From an uncultured Chloroflexia bacterium (lineage in GTDB: Bacteria; Chloroflexota; Limnocylindria; Limnocylindrales; CSP1-4), in contig CAWGNI010000002.1 of NCBI GenBank assembly GCA_963823925.1, forward strand, positions 153,292 to 217,291: a stretch of DNA of 64,000 bases, given 5' to 3'. This document shows positions 48,829-59,463 of the stretch, piece by piece. How positions within the stretch are numbered: position 1 is the stretch's first letter; the number at the start of each line of letters is the position of its first letter. The position numbers were made by a program, and so were the translations under genes. A model generated the notes under the pieces. The model saw only the letters and a list, made by a program, of their open reading frames with translations, searched no databases and had not been told where the DNA came from.

Positions 48829-50322
48829 ATGGCTGCCCCCCGGGTCCGGATCGCGCCGAGTCCGACCGGTCCGCTCCATATCGGGACGGCCCGAACGGCC
48901 CTGTTCAACTACCTGTGGGCCCGCCACACCGGCGGCACCTACGTCCTGCGGCTCGAGGACACTGACCAGGCCCGGAGCTCGATCGCGTTCGAGCGGGACA
49001 TCCTTGACGGGCTGCACTGGTTGGGACTCGACTGGGACGAGGGGCCGGACGTCGCCGGTGAGGCGGCTCGCGGGCCGTTCGCGCCGTATCGCCAGATGTC
49101 GCGCCTGCCGATCTACGCCGAGGCTGCCGAGCGCCTGCTCGCTGCCGATCAGGCCTATCCGTGCTTCTGCTCGGCCGAGGAACTGGCCGCCGACCGGAAG
49201 GCCCAGGAAGCCGCCCGGCTGCCCCCTCGATACGTCGGTCGGTGCGCGAACCTGACCCCCGACGAACGCGTCGCCCGCGCGGCGGAGGGACGCCCCGGCG
49301 CCCTGCGTTTTCGGGTCGGAAGCGGCGTCGTCGAGTTCGACGACGTCGTCCGTGGCCGGGTCGCCTTCGATGTCGCCGACCTGGGTGGCGATTTCGTCAT
49401 CGTTCGGGGCGACGGCTCCCCGCTCTACCACTTCACCGTCGTCGTGGATGACGCGGCGATGCAGATCAGCGACGTGATCCGCGGCGAGGACCACCTGTCG
49501 AACACGCCGAAGCACATCCTCCTGTTCCGGGCCCTCGGGTATCCGGAGCCGAGGTTCGCCCATCTCCCGCTCATCCTGAACCCGGACCGGACGAAGATGA
49601 GCAAACGCAAGAGCCAGACCGCCGTCGCCGACTACATCGCGGAAGGGTTCGTCCGCGAGGCGCTGGTCAACTACCTCGCCCTCCTCGGCTGGGCGACCGG
49701 GACCGAGGAGGAGGTGCTGTCGATCGATGCGATCGTCGAGCGCTTCGAACTCGACCAGGTCCACAAGGGCGGTGCCGTCTTCGACCGCGGCCGGCTCGAG
49801 TGGCTGAACGGGCAGTGGATCCGGCGGCTCGAGCCGGAAGACCTCGTCGAACGGCTGCGTCCATTCGTGGCCGCGGAGCTCGCCGCCGGCCGGATCGACT
49901 GGATGCCGCCCGACGACGAGTTGCGCGCCCTCCTGCCGTTCGTCGCCGAACGTTTGCCGACGCTCGGTGCCATCGGGGAACTCGTCGGCTTCCTGTGGGT
50001 CCGCGACCTGTCGGTGGATCCCGCGCTGCTGGTGCCGAAGCGTTGGGATGTACCCACCGCCCGGGCCGGCCTCGCCGCCGCCCGCGCCGTCATCGCCGAG
50101 ACCGGCCCGGTCGCCTTCGAGGCCGACGAGCTCGAGCCGCGCCTCCGCGCGGTGGCCGAGGCGCACACCTGGAAGGTCGGTGACCTGTTCATGGCCATCC
50201 GGGTCGCGGTGACGGGCCGGACGGCCACTCCGCCACTCTTCGATACGCTCGTCGCGCTCGGGTTCGAGCGGACCATCGAGCGACTGGACCGGGCGATCGC
50301 CGCCCTCGACGAAGGGAGCTGA
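48829..50322 (+). CDS. gltX: glutamate--tRNA ligase
   Basis: HIGH-type motif (PSPTGPLHIGTART) and KMSKS (KMSKRK). Confidence 0.9.
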   Translation: MAAPRVRIAPSPTGPLHIGTARTALFNYLWARHTGGTYVLRLEDTDQARSSIAFERDILDGLHWLGLDWDEGPDVAGEAARGPFAPYRQMSRLPIYAEAAERLLAADQAYPCFCSAEELAADRKAQEAARLPPRYVGRCANLTPDERVARAAEGRPGALRFRVGSGVVEFDDVVRGRVAFDVADLGGDFVIVRGDGSPLYHFTVVVDDAAMQISDVIRGEDHLSNTPKHILLFRALGYPEPRFAHLPLILNPDRTKMSKRKSQTAVADYIAEGFVREALVNYLALLGWATGTEEEVLSIDAIVERFELDQVHKGGAVFDRGRLEWLNGQWIRRLEPEDLVERLRPFVAAELAAGRIDWMPPDDELRALLPFVAERLPTLGAIGELVGFLWVRDLSVDPALLVPKRWDVPTARAGLAAARAVIAETGPVAFEADELEPRLRAVAEAHTWKVGDLFMAIRVAVTGRTATPPLFDTLVALGFERTIERLDRAIAALDEGS

Positions 50323-50329
50323 TGGAACG

Positions 50330-50719
50330 ATGACCCATGACGACGTCCAGCGCTGGCTGGAGCGATATGTCGCGGCCTGGGACAGCTACGACCCGGAGGC
50401 GATCGGAGACCTGTTCACCGAGGACGCGTCGTACCGCTATCAACCGTACCGGGAACCGGTCGTCGGTCGAGCCGCGATCGTGGCCGACTGGCTCGAGGCG
50501 AAGGACGAGCCTGGGACGTGGGCGGCCCACTACGACGTCTGGGCTTTCGACGGGGACCGAGCGTCGGCGATCGGGGAGAGTCGGTACACGAACCCGGACG
50601 GTTCATTCCGGGCGCTCTACTACAACCACTGGGCCCTTCGCTTCGATGCGCACGGACGCTGCGCCGAATTCGTCGAGTACTTCATGGAGCTGCCGGAGCG
50701 ACTCCACCCGACGGCCTGA
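50330..50719 (+). CDS. NTF2-like / SnoaL-like domain protein (paralog of 27224..27613)
   Basis: WLERYVAAW...DPEAIGDLFTED...VVGRAAIVADWL...RFDAHGRCAEFVEYF. Confidence 0.6.
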   Translation: MTHDDVQRWLERYVAAWDSYDPEAIGDLFTEDASYRYQPYREPVVGRAAIVADWLEAKDEPGTWAAHYDVWAFDGDRASAIGESRYTNPDGSFRALYYNHWALRFDAHGRCAEFVEYFMELPERLHPTA

Positions 50720-50838
50720 CCGGCGCGACCACGATCACCGGGGACGCTCGATGACCGCCGATCCAGCACCCGTCCTTCGAGCGCCCCGGGTCGTTCGTGT
50801 CCCGTGGCCGGCGATCGGTCTGATCGTCGCGGCCGGGA

Positions 50839-51417
50839 TTGGCCACCGGTGTCCTGACCCAGGTCGGCCAGGGTTTCCTGCCGGCAGGGTTCGGTCAGGT
50901 TGCCAATGCCATCTCGCCCTGGCTCCTGGTCGCCTTCACGGTCGGGTCGTTGATGCCCACGCCTGGTTGGGCCGCCGGCAGCGGGATCGGGGCGATGATC
51001 CTGGCGCTCGTCAGCTACTACGCGATGGTCGAGCTACGGTTCGGGTACGGGGCATCGTCCAGCTCGCTCCTCGTGTGGGGGACCGGGGCGCTCGTCGGTG
51101 GGGCCGTCTTCGGCATCGCCGGTCGGTGGTGGCGAGGCGATCGACCGTGGCGGCGTGGACTCGCCATCGGGCTCCTGGCCGCGGTGACGATCGCCGAGGG
51201 TGTCTACCTCGTCGGGATCCTCACGGAGCCGGTGGTCGGCGTCGCATTCATCGCCGCCGGGGTCTCGGTACCGCCGCTCGTGGGCCGGACCGCCGACGAC
51301 TCGCGACGTGGCTACCTCGCGATCCCGCCGATGCTGGTCGCTCGGATTGGCCGGCTACACGGCCTTCAGCGCCCTGTACGCGTTCGCGGCCGGCATCTGA
51401 GGACAATGCGGCGTTAA
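50839..51417 (+). CDS. integral membrane protein (hypothetical); possible N-terminal extension from 50752 in another frame
   Basis: About 190-aa hydrophobic ORF. An upstream ATG at 50752 opens a TM-like segment (WPAIGLIVAAGIG) in a different frame. This may be another indel. Confidence 0.35.
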   Translation: MATGVLTQVGQGFLPAGFGQVANAISPWLLVAFTVGSLMPTPGWAAGSGIGAMILALVSYYAMVELRFGYGASSSSLLVWGTGALVGGAVFGIAGRWWRGDRPWRRGLAIGLLAAVTIAEGVYLVGILTEPVVGVAFIAAGVSVPPLVGRTADDSRRGYLAIPPMLVARIGRLHGLQRPVRVRGRHLRTMRR

Positions 51418-51442
51418 CACTCGCCGCTATCATCGATCCTGG

Positions 51443-52138
51443 ATGGCACGCACGATCCTCGTCGTCGAAGACGAGCCGACCCTTCGGGAAGCCCTGGTGG
51501 ACGCGCTCGAAGCCGACGGATTCCGGATCGTTGCGGCCGCCGACGGTCGCGAGGCACTGACCCGGTTCCGGGCCGACCAGCCCGATCTCATCCTGCTCGA
51601 CCTGATGCTCCCCGAGTTGTCCGGGATCGAGGTCTGCCGGATCATCCGCGCCGAGTCCGGCGTGCCGATCGTGATGCTGACGGCCAAGGACTCGGAGCTC
51701 GACAAGGTGGTCGGGCTCGAGCTCGGGGCCGACGACTACGTCACCAAGCCGTTCAGCCTGCGAGAGCTGTCGGCCCGGATCCGGGCGCTTTTCCGTCGCT
51801 CGGATCAGGCGGTCGCCGTCGAGCGGCCCCCGGCCGTCGTCGACCTCGGGCCGATCCAGGCCGACCTAGGCGGGCGTCGGCTACTCCGTGACGGGCAGGT
51901 CGTCCCGATCAAGCCCAAGGCGTTCGAGCTGCTCGCGTTCCTCATCCGCCACCCGGGCCAGGTCTTCACCCGCGACCAACTCCTCGAGCACGTGTGGGGC
52001 TACGACTACGGCGGCGAGACGCGGACGGTCGACGTGCACGTCCACTGGCTGCGTAGCCGGATCGAGGCCGATCCCGGCCATCCGGCGTTCATCCACACGG
52101 TGCGCGGCGTCGGGTACGTCTTCCGCCGCCCTCCCTGA
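51443..52138 (+). CDS. OmpR/PhoB-family response regulator (RegX3/PhoP/MtrA-like)
   Basis: Receiver domain (VVEDEPTLREAL...LLDLMLP, phospho-Asp context) plus a winged-helix C-terminus (VDVHVHWLRSRIE...IHTVRGVGY). Confidence 0.85.
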   Translation: MARTILVVEDEPTLREALVDALEADGFRIVAAADGREALTRFRADQPDLILLDLMLPELSGIEVCRIIRAESGVPIVMLTAKDSELDKVVGLELGADDYVTKPFSLRELSARIRALFRRSDQAVAVERPPAVVDLGPIQADLGGRRLLRDGQVVPIKPKAFELLAFLIRHPGQVFTRDQLLEHVWGYDYGGETRTVDVHVHWLRSRIEADPGHPAFIHTVRGVGYVFRRPP

Positions 52139-52157
52139 GATCCGGCGGCGCCTGCCC

Positions 52158-52776
52158 TCAGTTCGCCTTGTGGTACATCCGCTCCATCGCCTCGACCGCA
52201 TCCTCGGCCGCGTCGATGGTGTCCTCGAAGTAGGTGTACAGGTCGCGCCACTTGATGACTTCGATCGGCGGCAGGTCGTCGGCGAACAGGCGGGCCATGG
52301 CGGCCCTCGACAGCCCGTCGGCCTCCTTCTCCAGCTGGTGCACCGCGGCGAAGTGGCGCTCCAGGTCCTTGAGTCCGTCCAGCTTGCCGAGGGCGGCGAA
52401 CAGCTCCTGGGCCTGTCGCATCCAGGATGGCCGCAAGTCGGCGGGCCTCGGCGGTCGGCCGGTCGACCCCGTAGATCACGAACGCTTCGGCGATCGACTG
52501 GATCCCGTCGACGACGTCATCGAGCCTGGACACGAGTTCGTGGATGTCCTCGCGATCGAACGGGGTGACGAACGCATCCTCGAGCCGGCGGGTGACCTCT
52601 TCGTCGATCTCGTCTCCGCGTTTCTCCTGTCCCTGGATGGTGGCGACCCGGGCTTCGAGCCGGTCGTACTGCTCGACCATGTCGTGGAGGGCGGCGGCCG
52701 CGGCCGCAAGGTTCTCGCCATCGGCCACGAACAACTCGAAGAACTTCGGGTCCTTGGGCAAGATGTGGATGTTCAT
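52158..52776 (-). CDS. DUF47-family (PhoU-like, YkaA-type) Pit-accessory protein; frameshifted near 52425
   Basis: The N-terminal half (MNIHILPKDPKFFELF...FDREDIHEL) is in one frame. The C-terminal half (QAQELFAALGKLDGL...EVIKWRDLY) is in the adjacent frame. One extra G in acaGgccc explains the shift. Confidence 0.65.
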
Positions 52777-52852
52777 CGGGGTCCCTCCGGATCGGTGCCT
52801 GGGGCTGGATCGGTTCGTGTCACTGGTGATGGGCGAGTCGGGTCGAGGATGG

Positions 52853-53853
52853 TCATGGGGCCCCCAGTGCGTTCAGGACGACCCAGCACAGCGCGGCGAT
52901 GACGGCGGCGCCCGGGATGGTGAGGACCCAGGCGAACAGGATGCGACGGGCGACGCCCCAGCGCACGGCCCGGGCTCCCTGGCTCGCGCCCACGCCCATG
53001 ATCGACCCCGAGATGACCTGGGTCGTCGAGACCGGCATCCCGAAATGGGCCGTGGCGAACAGGATGGATGCGGCGGTCGTCTCGGCGGCGAACCCGTGGA
53101 CCGGTTCCAGCTTGGCGACGCGTTGCCCCATCGTCTTCATGATCCGCCAGCCGCCGACCGCGGTCCCGGCGGACAGCGCGGTCGCCGAGACCACGATCAC
53201 CCAGGTCGGGACGACGACCTCGTCGAGGACCCCGGCCGAGACGAGGGCGAGGGTGATGATGCCCATCGTCTTCTGGGCGTCGTTCGAGCCGTGGGCGAAG
53301 GCCATGAACGCTGCGGAGAAGACCTGGAGCCGGCGAAAGCGGCGGCCCATCGGCTTGCGCTTCGACGACCGGAAGGTCCAGTACAGGGCCAACATGAGCG
53401 CGAAAGCGATGAAGAACCCGAGCACCGGTGACGTGAGCATCGGGATGATGACCTTGTTGACGATCCCGTTGATGTTCAGCGCGTCGGTTCCGGCGGCGAT
53501 GACCGTGGCCCCGATCAGCCCCCCGATCAGGGCATGACTGCTCGAACTCGGCAGACCCTGCTGCCAGGTGATGAGGTTCCACAGGATCGCGCCGATGAGC
53601 GCCGCCGCGACGATCGCCTGGGTCGTCGTCTGATCGTCGACGAGGCCGCTCCCGATCGTCTTGGCGACGGCCGTGCCCGCGAAGGCCCCGATGAAGTTGA
53701 AGGCCGTGGCCATGAGGATGGCCCGACCGGGCGACAGGGCTCGGGTCGCGACCGATGTCGCGATCGCGTTGGCCGTGTCGTGGAACCCATTCGTGTAGTC
53801 GAACACGACGCCAGGGCGACGACGACGACGAGCATGGCGGTCACGCCATCCAA
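52853..53853 (-). CDS. pitA: inorganic phosphate transporter, PiT family; frameshifted near its 5' end (about 53808)
   Basis: PHO4/PiT signature (FDYTNGFHDTANAIATSV) and a second repeat (FAHGSNDAQKTMGII). The N-terminal 15 aa (MDGVTAMLVVVVALA) are in a different frame. Confidence 0.75.
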
Positions 53854-53917
53854 CGCGGGGCCTCCTGCTTGGTGTCACCCTATCGTAGCCGGGCGGCGCA
53901 CCCGCTATCCTTCGCGG

Positions 53918-55618
53918 ATGCGTCTTTCCAAACTCTTCTTCGCCACCCTCCGCGACGACCCGGCCGAGGCCGAGATGCCGTCACACCGGCTGCTCGTCCG
54001 GGCGGGCTACGTCCGACAGCTCGGATCGGGGATCTACTCGTTGCTGCCGCTCGGCAAGCGGGTCAATGACCGGGTCGAGCAGATCATCCGCGAGGAGCAG
54101 GATCGGATCGGCGGCCAGGAGATGGAGATGCCGGTCGTCCATCCGGCCGATATCTGGCGGGCCAGTGGCCGCTTTCAGGCGATCGGCCCGGAGCTGACCC
54201 GGTTCAAGGACCGCAACGGCCGCGACATGGTTCTCGCGATGACCCACGAAGAAGTCGTCGGGCTGCTCCTCGGCGATATCGTCCAGTCGTATCGCCAGCT
54301 CCCGCTGCAGGTTTATCACTTCCAGACGAAATGGCGGGATGAACCCCGGGCACGCGGGGGGCTCATCCGCGTTCGCGAGTTCGTGATGAAGGACGCGTAC
54401 AGCGCGGATCGTGACCAGGCTGGCCTCGACGCCAGCTACGACGCCCAATACGAGGCCTACGTCCGGACGTTCGAACGACTCGGGCTGGACGTCGTCGTGG
54501 TCGCCTCGGACGTGGGGATCATGGGTGGCAGCCTGGCCCATGAGTTCATGGTCCTCAATCCAGCCGGGGAGGACGTCCTCGTCCTGTGCGAGACCGGCCA
54601 TTACGCGGCCAACCGCCAGGTCGCGGTCATGCCCAAGCCGGAATCCGAAGCCAGGTCCGCGCCGTTGCCGATGGAGGAGGTCGCGACCCCGGGTACGACC
54701 ACGATCGCCTCGCTTGCGGCGTTCCTGGGGATCGGGCCCGAGCAGACCGCCAAGGCCGCCTTCTTCGTGACCGGCGACGGCCGGCTGGTGACCGCCATCG
54801 TGCGCGGCGACTTCGAGGTCAACGAGACGAAGCTCGGCAACGCCGCCGAAGCTGTGGGCGGCATCCGGCCGGCCACGGTGGAGGAGATCCGCGCTGCCGG
54901 CATGGAGCCCGGATACGGCTCACCGGTCGGTGCTTCGGGCACGTTCGTCGTCGTCGACGACCTGGTCGATCGATCGCCGAACCTGGTCGCCGGGGCCAAC
55001 CGGGAGGGGTTCCACTACCGCAACGTGAACGTCGGCCGTGACTTCCAGGCGGACGTCGTCACCGACATCACCAACGCCCAGGCCGGCGACCCATGTCCGA
55101 TCTGTGGCGAGCCGGTCGTCCTGCGCAACGGGATCGAAGTCGGCAACATCTTCAAGCTCGGGACCAAGTTCACCGACGCTGCCGGAGCGACGTATCTCGG
55201 TGAGGACGGCCAGTCCCATCAGATCATCATGGGCTCGTACGGCATCGGGGTCGGCCGAAGCGCGGCATGCATCGTCGAAGCGCATCACGACGAGAAGGGG
55301 ATCGTCTGGCCGGCCGAGGTCGCGCCCTACGCGGCCCACCTGGTGACGATCGGCGGGAACAAGGACCCCCGGGTCATCGAGATCGCCGAGCGTCTCCACC
55401 AGGCCTCGATCGAGCTCGGCCGCGAGATCCTGTGGGATGACCGCGATGAATCGCCCGGCGTGAAGTTCACCGATGCGGAGTTGCTTGGGATGCCCTGGAT
55501 CCTGACCGTGAGCCCGCGATCGCTGGCCGCCGGTGGGGTCGAGATCGTCGACCGGGCGACCGGCGAGCGGTCGACTCGTTCGATCGAGGAAGCGGAGGCG
55601 TTGCTCAAGGGCGGTTGA
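53918..55618 (+). CDS. proS: proline--tRNA ligase (bacterial type with editing domain)
   Basis: 566 aa with class II aaRS motifs and a ProRS editing insertion. The N-terminal region MRLSKLFFATLRDDPAEAEMPSHRLLVRAGY is typical of ProS. Confidence 0.9.
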   Translation: MRLSKLFFATLRDDPAEAEMPSHRLLVRAGYVRQLGSGIYSLLPLGKRVNDRVEQIIREEQDRIGGQEMEMPVVHPADIWRASGRFQAIGPELTRFKDRNGRDMVLAMTHEEVVGLLLGDIVQSYRQLPLQVYHFQTKWRDEPRARGGLIRVREFVMKDAYSADRDQAGLDASYDAQYEAYVRTFERLGLDVVVVASDVGIMGGSLAHEFMVLNPAGEDVLVLCETGHYAANRQVAVMPKPESEARSAPLPMEEVATPGTTTIASLAAFLGIGPEQTAKAAFFVTGDGRLVTAIVRGDFEVNETKLGNAAEAVGGIRPATVEEIRAAGMEPGYGSPVGASGTFVVVDDLVDRSPNLVAGANREGFHYRNVNVGRDFQADVVTDITNAQAGDPCPICGEPVVLRNGIEVGNIFKLGTKFTDAAGATYLGEDGQSHQIIMGSYGIGVGRSAACIVEAHHDEKGIVWPAEVAPYAAHLVTIGGNKDPRVIEIAERLHQASIELGREILWDDRDESPGVKFTDAELLGMPWILTVSPRSLAAGGVEIVDRATGERSTRSIEEAEALLKGG

Positions 55619-55674
55619 CCGTCGTGAGCCTGCCCGGACGGCCGAGCCGGGGATCGGCCCGGTAGGATGCGGGC

Positions 55675-56754
55675 GTGCCACCTCGACCGAGCCTGCCCGC
55701 CGACGACCTGTACGCTCGCCTGGAGATCTCCGTCGACGCGAGCCCCGAAGCGATCGAGGTGGCCTGGCGGTCGTTGTTGCGGCGTCATCACCCCGACGTC
55801 GCCGGCGCGACCGGACTCGAGCGATCGAAGCGGATCAACGTCGCCCACGACTGGCTGAGCGACGCGACCCTCCGGGCACGCTATGACCGGGAACGTGGAC
55901 TGCGCCGGTCGATCCGGGATTCCGCCGGCCGTCAGCCTCGCCGTGGCGATGCGGCGGGTGCCCCCGTTGCGGCGAAGGATCCGCTGCGCCGGACCCACCG
56001 GCGGTCGGTCGATCCGGCCGAAGCGCTCGCGAGCTATCTCGACCGGGTGTCTGACCTTGGGCCGGATGAGATCGACCGGCTCGCCTGCGCAGAGCCGCCG
56101 CCGATCGCGTTCGGGGCGACGATCGCCCGGTTCCTGCCGCCCGATCGGCTTGCGGCCCTTGAGGCGTTGTCCACCTCGATCGATGCCCGGCTCGATCCGA
56201 CGGCCGCGGCACGTCCGGGCGTGCGCGACGCGGTGGAGGGGTACGGCACGGAACTCGTGCTCGGGACGTTCCTCGATGAACTCCTGACCGACCCGTTCCG
56301 CGACCGGGCTCGAGAGCGCCTGACACGTGGCTGGGAGGCGGCCGTCGGCCAGCCACGCTACGGTCCGAACGGGGCGGCCGTCGTTGGCTGGATCGAGCGG
56401 TTGGCGACGCTCGATGCCGCCGGGATCAGGGCATTGGCGGCGACCGCTGCGAGATCCGGGGCCGACCGCCAGGCCGACGATCCGTGGCCGCCGGGGACGT
56501 CTCCGGCCGATGACGAGGCGCTGCGCGTGTCGTCCGTGCTGGCCGCTCGCGATGCCGCGGCGGCCATCCCGAGCGGCACGACCGACCGCGCCACGCTGAC
56601 CCGCGCTCGTCGCGCCGCCGAACGGCTCGCCCACCTGCTCGTGCTGCGACACGCATTCCCGGCGTCGACCTTCGCTTCGCTGACCCGCGCCTGGCGACCA
56701 CGCTTCCTGCCAGACGACCCGCCGATCCAGGTCCGTCGGCCGGAACGCGGCTGA
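55675..56754 (+). CDS. J-domain-containing protein (hypothetical)
   Basis: N-terminal J-like segment (DLYARLEISVDASPEAIEVAWRSLLRRHHPDVAG). The remainder is alanine/arginine rich with no known domain. GTG start. Confidence 0.5.
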   Translation: MPPRPSLPADDLYARLEISVDASPEAIEVAWRSLLRRHHPDVAGATGLERSKRINVAHDWLSDATLRARYDRERGLRRSIRDSAGRQPRRGDAAGAPVAAKDPLRRTHRRSVDPAEALASYLDRVSDLGPDEIDRLACAEPPPIAFGATIARFLPPDRLAALEALSTSIDARLDPTAAARPGVRDAVEGYGTELVLGTFLDELLTDPFRDRARERLTRGWEAAVGQPRYGPNGAAVVGWIERLATLDAAGIRALAATAARSGADRQADDPWPPGTSPADDEALRVSSVLAARDAAAAIPSGTTDRATLTRARRAAERLAHLLVLRHAFPASTFASLTRAWRPRFLPDDPPIQVRRPERG

Positions 56755-56805
56755 CCGAGCCGGCCGCGCTGACATCGCGACCATCGGCTATGCCATGCTC
56801 GCGGT

Positions 56806-58033
56806 GTGGATGCATGGTTCATCGTCGCCGCTGTGGCGATCGTCGGTCTCGGCGTCGTGATCGTCATCGCCCTGCGCCAGCGACGGGCGATGGCTCGGAT
56901 CCACCAGCGGCTCGGGATCGGGCCGGAGCGCGATCCGGTCGCCGCCGCCGCGTCGCTCCAGGACGACGTCGCCCGCGCTGAAGCGCAGGTCGACACGCTG
57001 ATCGACGATCGGACGGCATTCGTCGATGCCATGGCGCAGGGCGTCCTGTTCGTCGACGATCGACTTCGGATCGTCCGGGCCAATGCGGCGGCCCACGAGC
57101 TCCTTGGGAAGACGGCGACGCCGCTGGCCGGGCACTCGTTGATCGAGGCGTTCCTCGATACCGGGGTGGAGGGCCTGGCCCGCACGGCGATGGCGAGTGG
57201 GTCGGCGAGCGGCGAGATCGCGGTGGCCGGGGCGGACGGACCGCGCCTGCTGCTCCGGGCTCGCACGGCCCCGTCCGGCGGCCTCTGGCTGATCATCGAT
57301 GACGTTTCCGAGCTGCGCCGGCTCCAGCAGATCCGCGCCGAGTTCATCGACAATCTGTCGCATGAACTGCGAACGCCCCTGACGACCGTGAGCCTGCTGG
57401 CCGAGACGCTCGCTCGCGAGGCCGATGCGTCCGGGGAGGCAGTGCCGCCCAGGATGCGCGACCGGATCGGCAAGATCGAGGTCGAGACCGGCCACCTCGT
57501 CCAGATGGTCAACGAGCTGCTCGACCTGTCGCGGATCGAAAGCGGCGGGGCCCTCGGGGTCCTGGACCTGCTCGACCTCGGTGAGCTGGCGACCGACTCC
57601 ACCGAACGCCTCCGACTCTTCGCCGAGCGCCAGGCCGTCGCGCTGCAGGTCGCGATCGAAGGTTCGATCCCGTCGGTCCGGGGCGATGCCGATCGGCTCG
57701 GCCAGGTCATCGTGAACCTGCTGCACAACGCCGTGAAGTTCAGTCCGGGAGGCGGACCGGTGACCGTCGCGGTCAGGCCCGAACCGACCGAGGTCGTCGT
57801 GGCCGTGGCTGATCATGGGGTCGGCATCCCGCCCGCCGCGCAGGGCCGGATCTTCGAGCGCTTCTACAAGGTGGACCGGGCACGCGTCCGGGGCGAGACC
57901 GGTGGGACCGGGCTGGGACTGGCCATCTCCCGGCACATCGTGGAGCAGCACGGCGGCCGGATCTGGGTCGAATTCGACCGAGGGGATCGGCAGTACATTT
58001 TCGTTCTCGATCCCGGTCGCCGAGGGGGTTTGA
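56806..58033 (+). CDS. sensor histidine kinase (TM-PAS-HisKA-HATPase, PhoR/SenX3-like); +1 frameshift near 57973 shifts its 3' end into the frame of the next gene
   Basis: H-box LSHELRTPLTTV and a G2 box (GTGLGLAI). The genuine C-terminus (GIGSTFSFSIPVAEGV-stop) is in the adjacent frame. One extra T in gaaTtcgacc explains the shift. Confidence 0.75.
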
Positions 58034-58779
58034 TGGACCGACTGCACGTGACGACGCTCAACATCCGGAACCTGGCCGATCGCTGGTTCGAACGCCTGCC
58101 GCTCCTGCTCGCCGACATGGCCGCCCTGCAGCCCGACCTGCTCGGGCTCCAGGAGGTCGTCTACGTCATGCAGCAGGACCGGTTGATCGGGGCGGCCGGC
58201 GAAGGCCACTACCGCGCGGTCCGTGGATGGGCCGGTCGGCCGGAGTACGGGAACAGCCTGCTCATCCGCGAGCCATTGGCCACGGACGGGGTCGATCGGC
58301 TCGAACTCGGCTTGCAGCGATCGGCCCAGTCGAGCACCGTCGCGATGCCCGGCGGCGCCAACGTCCGAGTGGTCGTCACCCACCTCCATCATCTCGTCCC
58401 GGATGCCAGCGCCCGGGACGAGCAGACGGCAGCGATCGTCGAGTGGCTGGCCGACGGCCCACCCAGTGACGTCACGATCGTCATGGGCGACTTCAACGCC
58501 CATCCCCTGGAACCCGCACCCAGCCGACTTCGGGCGGCCGGCTTCCGATCCGCCTTCGCGGAGGCCAACGGCGCGGAGCCGGCGGTCACCTGGCCGTCCG
58601 GCCTGCAGGCGCCCGCGATGGACACGGACGGCGATCCGGCTTGTCTCGACTACATCTGGGTCCGCGGGGCGGTCACGGTCGAGTCGTCGCGGCTCGTGTT
58701 CGATCGCCCCGACGCCGACGATCCCACGCTCTTCCCGAGCGACCACATCGGGATCAGCGCGATGCTCCAGATCGGCTAG
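58032..58779 (+). CDS. endonuclease/exonuclease/phosphatase (EEP) family protein
   Basis: Typical EEP N-terminus (MDRLHVTTLNIRNL...LLGLQEV) and C-terminal motifs (IVMGDFNA, SDHIGI). Its ATG overlaps the kinase stop (TGATG). Confidence 0.65.
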
Positions 58780-58787
58780 CGACCCCG

Positions 58788-59463
58788 ATGGCTCCGCCGA
58801 TCGCCCTGCGCCTCGCCCATCGCGGTGACTGGCGACACGCCCCGGAGAACACGATCGATGCGTTCAGGGCGGCGATGGCGATCCCGGCCTGCGACGGATT
58901 GGAGTTCGACGTCAGGACCTCGAGCGACGGCGTCCCGGTGGTCTACCACGACGACACCCTTGCCCGGGTCCACGGCCGGCCGGACCGCGTCGACGGCATG
59001 TCGGCGAATGCCCTCGAGGAGCTCGGTGTGCCGACCCTCTGGGCGGTCCTGGCCGCGGTGGGTCGCAACGCCTTCCTCGACGTCGAACTGAAGGCGGACA
59101 TCGGCCCCGCCTTCGTCGAAGTGATGGCCGCGGGGCGTGGGCCGGGTCTGGAACGTGCGGTCGTCTCCTCGTACGACCCGATCGCCCTCGACCGGGTCTC
59201 CCATCTTGCTCCGCGCTGGCCGCGCTGGCTGATCGCCGATCGGCTAGATCCGGATGCCATCGACGTGGCGACGCAGCTCGGCTGTCAGGCTGTCGCGGCC
59301 GGCTGGCGATCGCTCGACGCGGCGAGCACTGGGGCGGCCAGGGCGGCCGGTCTCGACGTTGCCGCCTTCACGGTCCGGGGACGATCGACATTCGACCGTC
59401 TCGAGCGACTGGGCGTGTCGGCCATGTGCGTCGAGGGTGCGGCGCTCGACGTGAAGGGGGGCA
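58788..59463 (+). CDS. glycerophosphodiester phosphodiesterase (GDPD/UgpQ family); no in-frame stop before the following oxidoreductase domain
   Basis: GDPD N-terminus (LAHRGDWRHAPENTIDAF...GLEFDVRTSSDGVPVVYHDDTL). The 3' boundary is unclear because the frame continues into the FAD-binding motif. Confidence 0.6.

Noticed and set aside
48529-50166. 545-aa minus-strand ORF
   Set aside because: Antisense to gltX, which has the HIGH and KMSKS motifs.
56788-58746. 652-aa minus-strand ORF and the nested 56358..57728 ORF
   Set aside because: Antisense to the histidine kinase and EEP genes, which carry H-box, G-box and EEP motifs. They are shadow ORFs.
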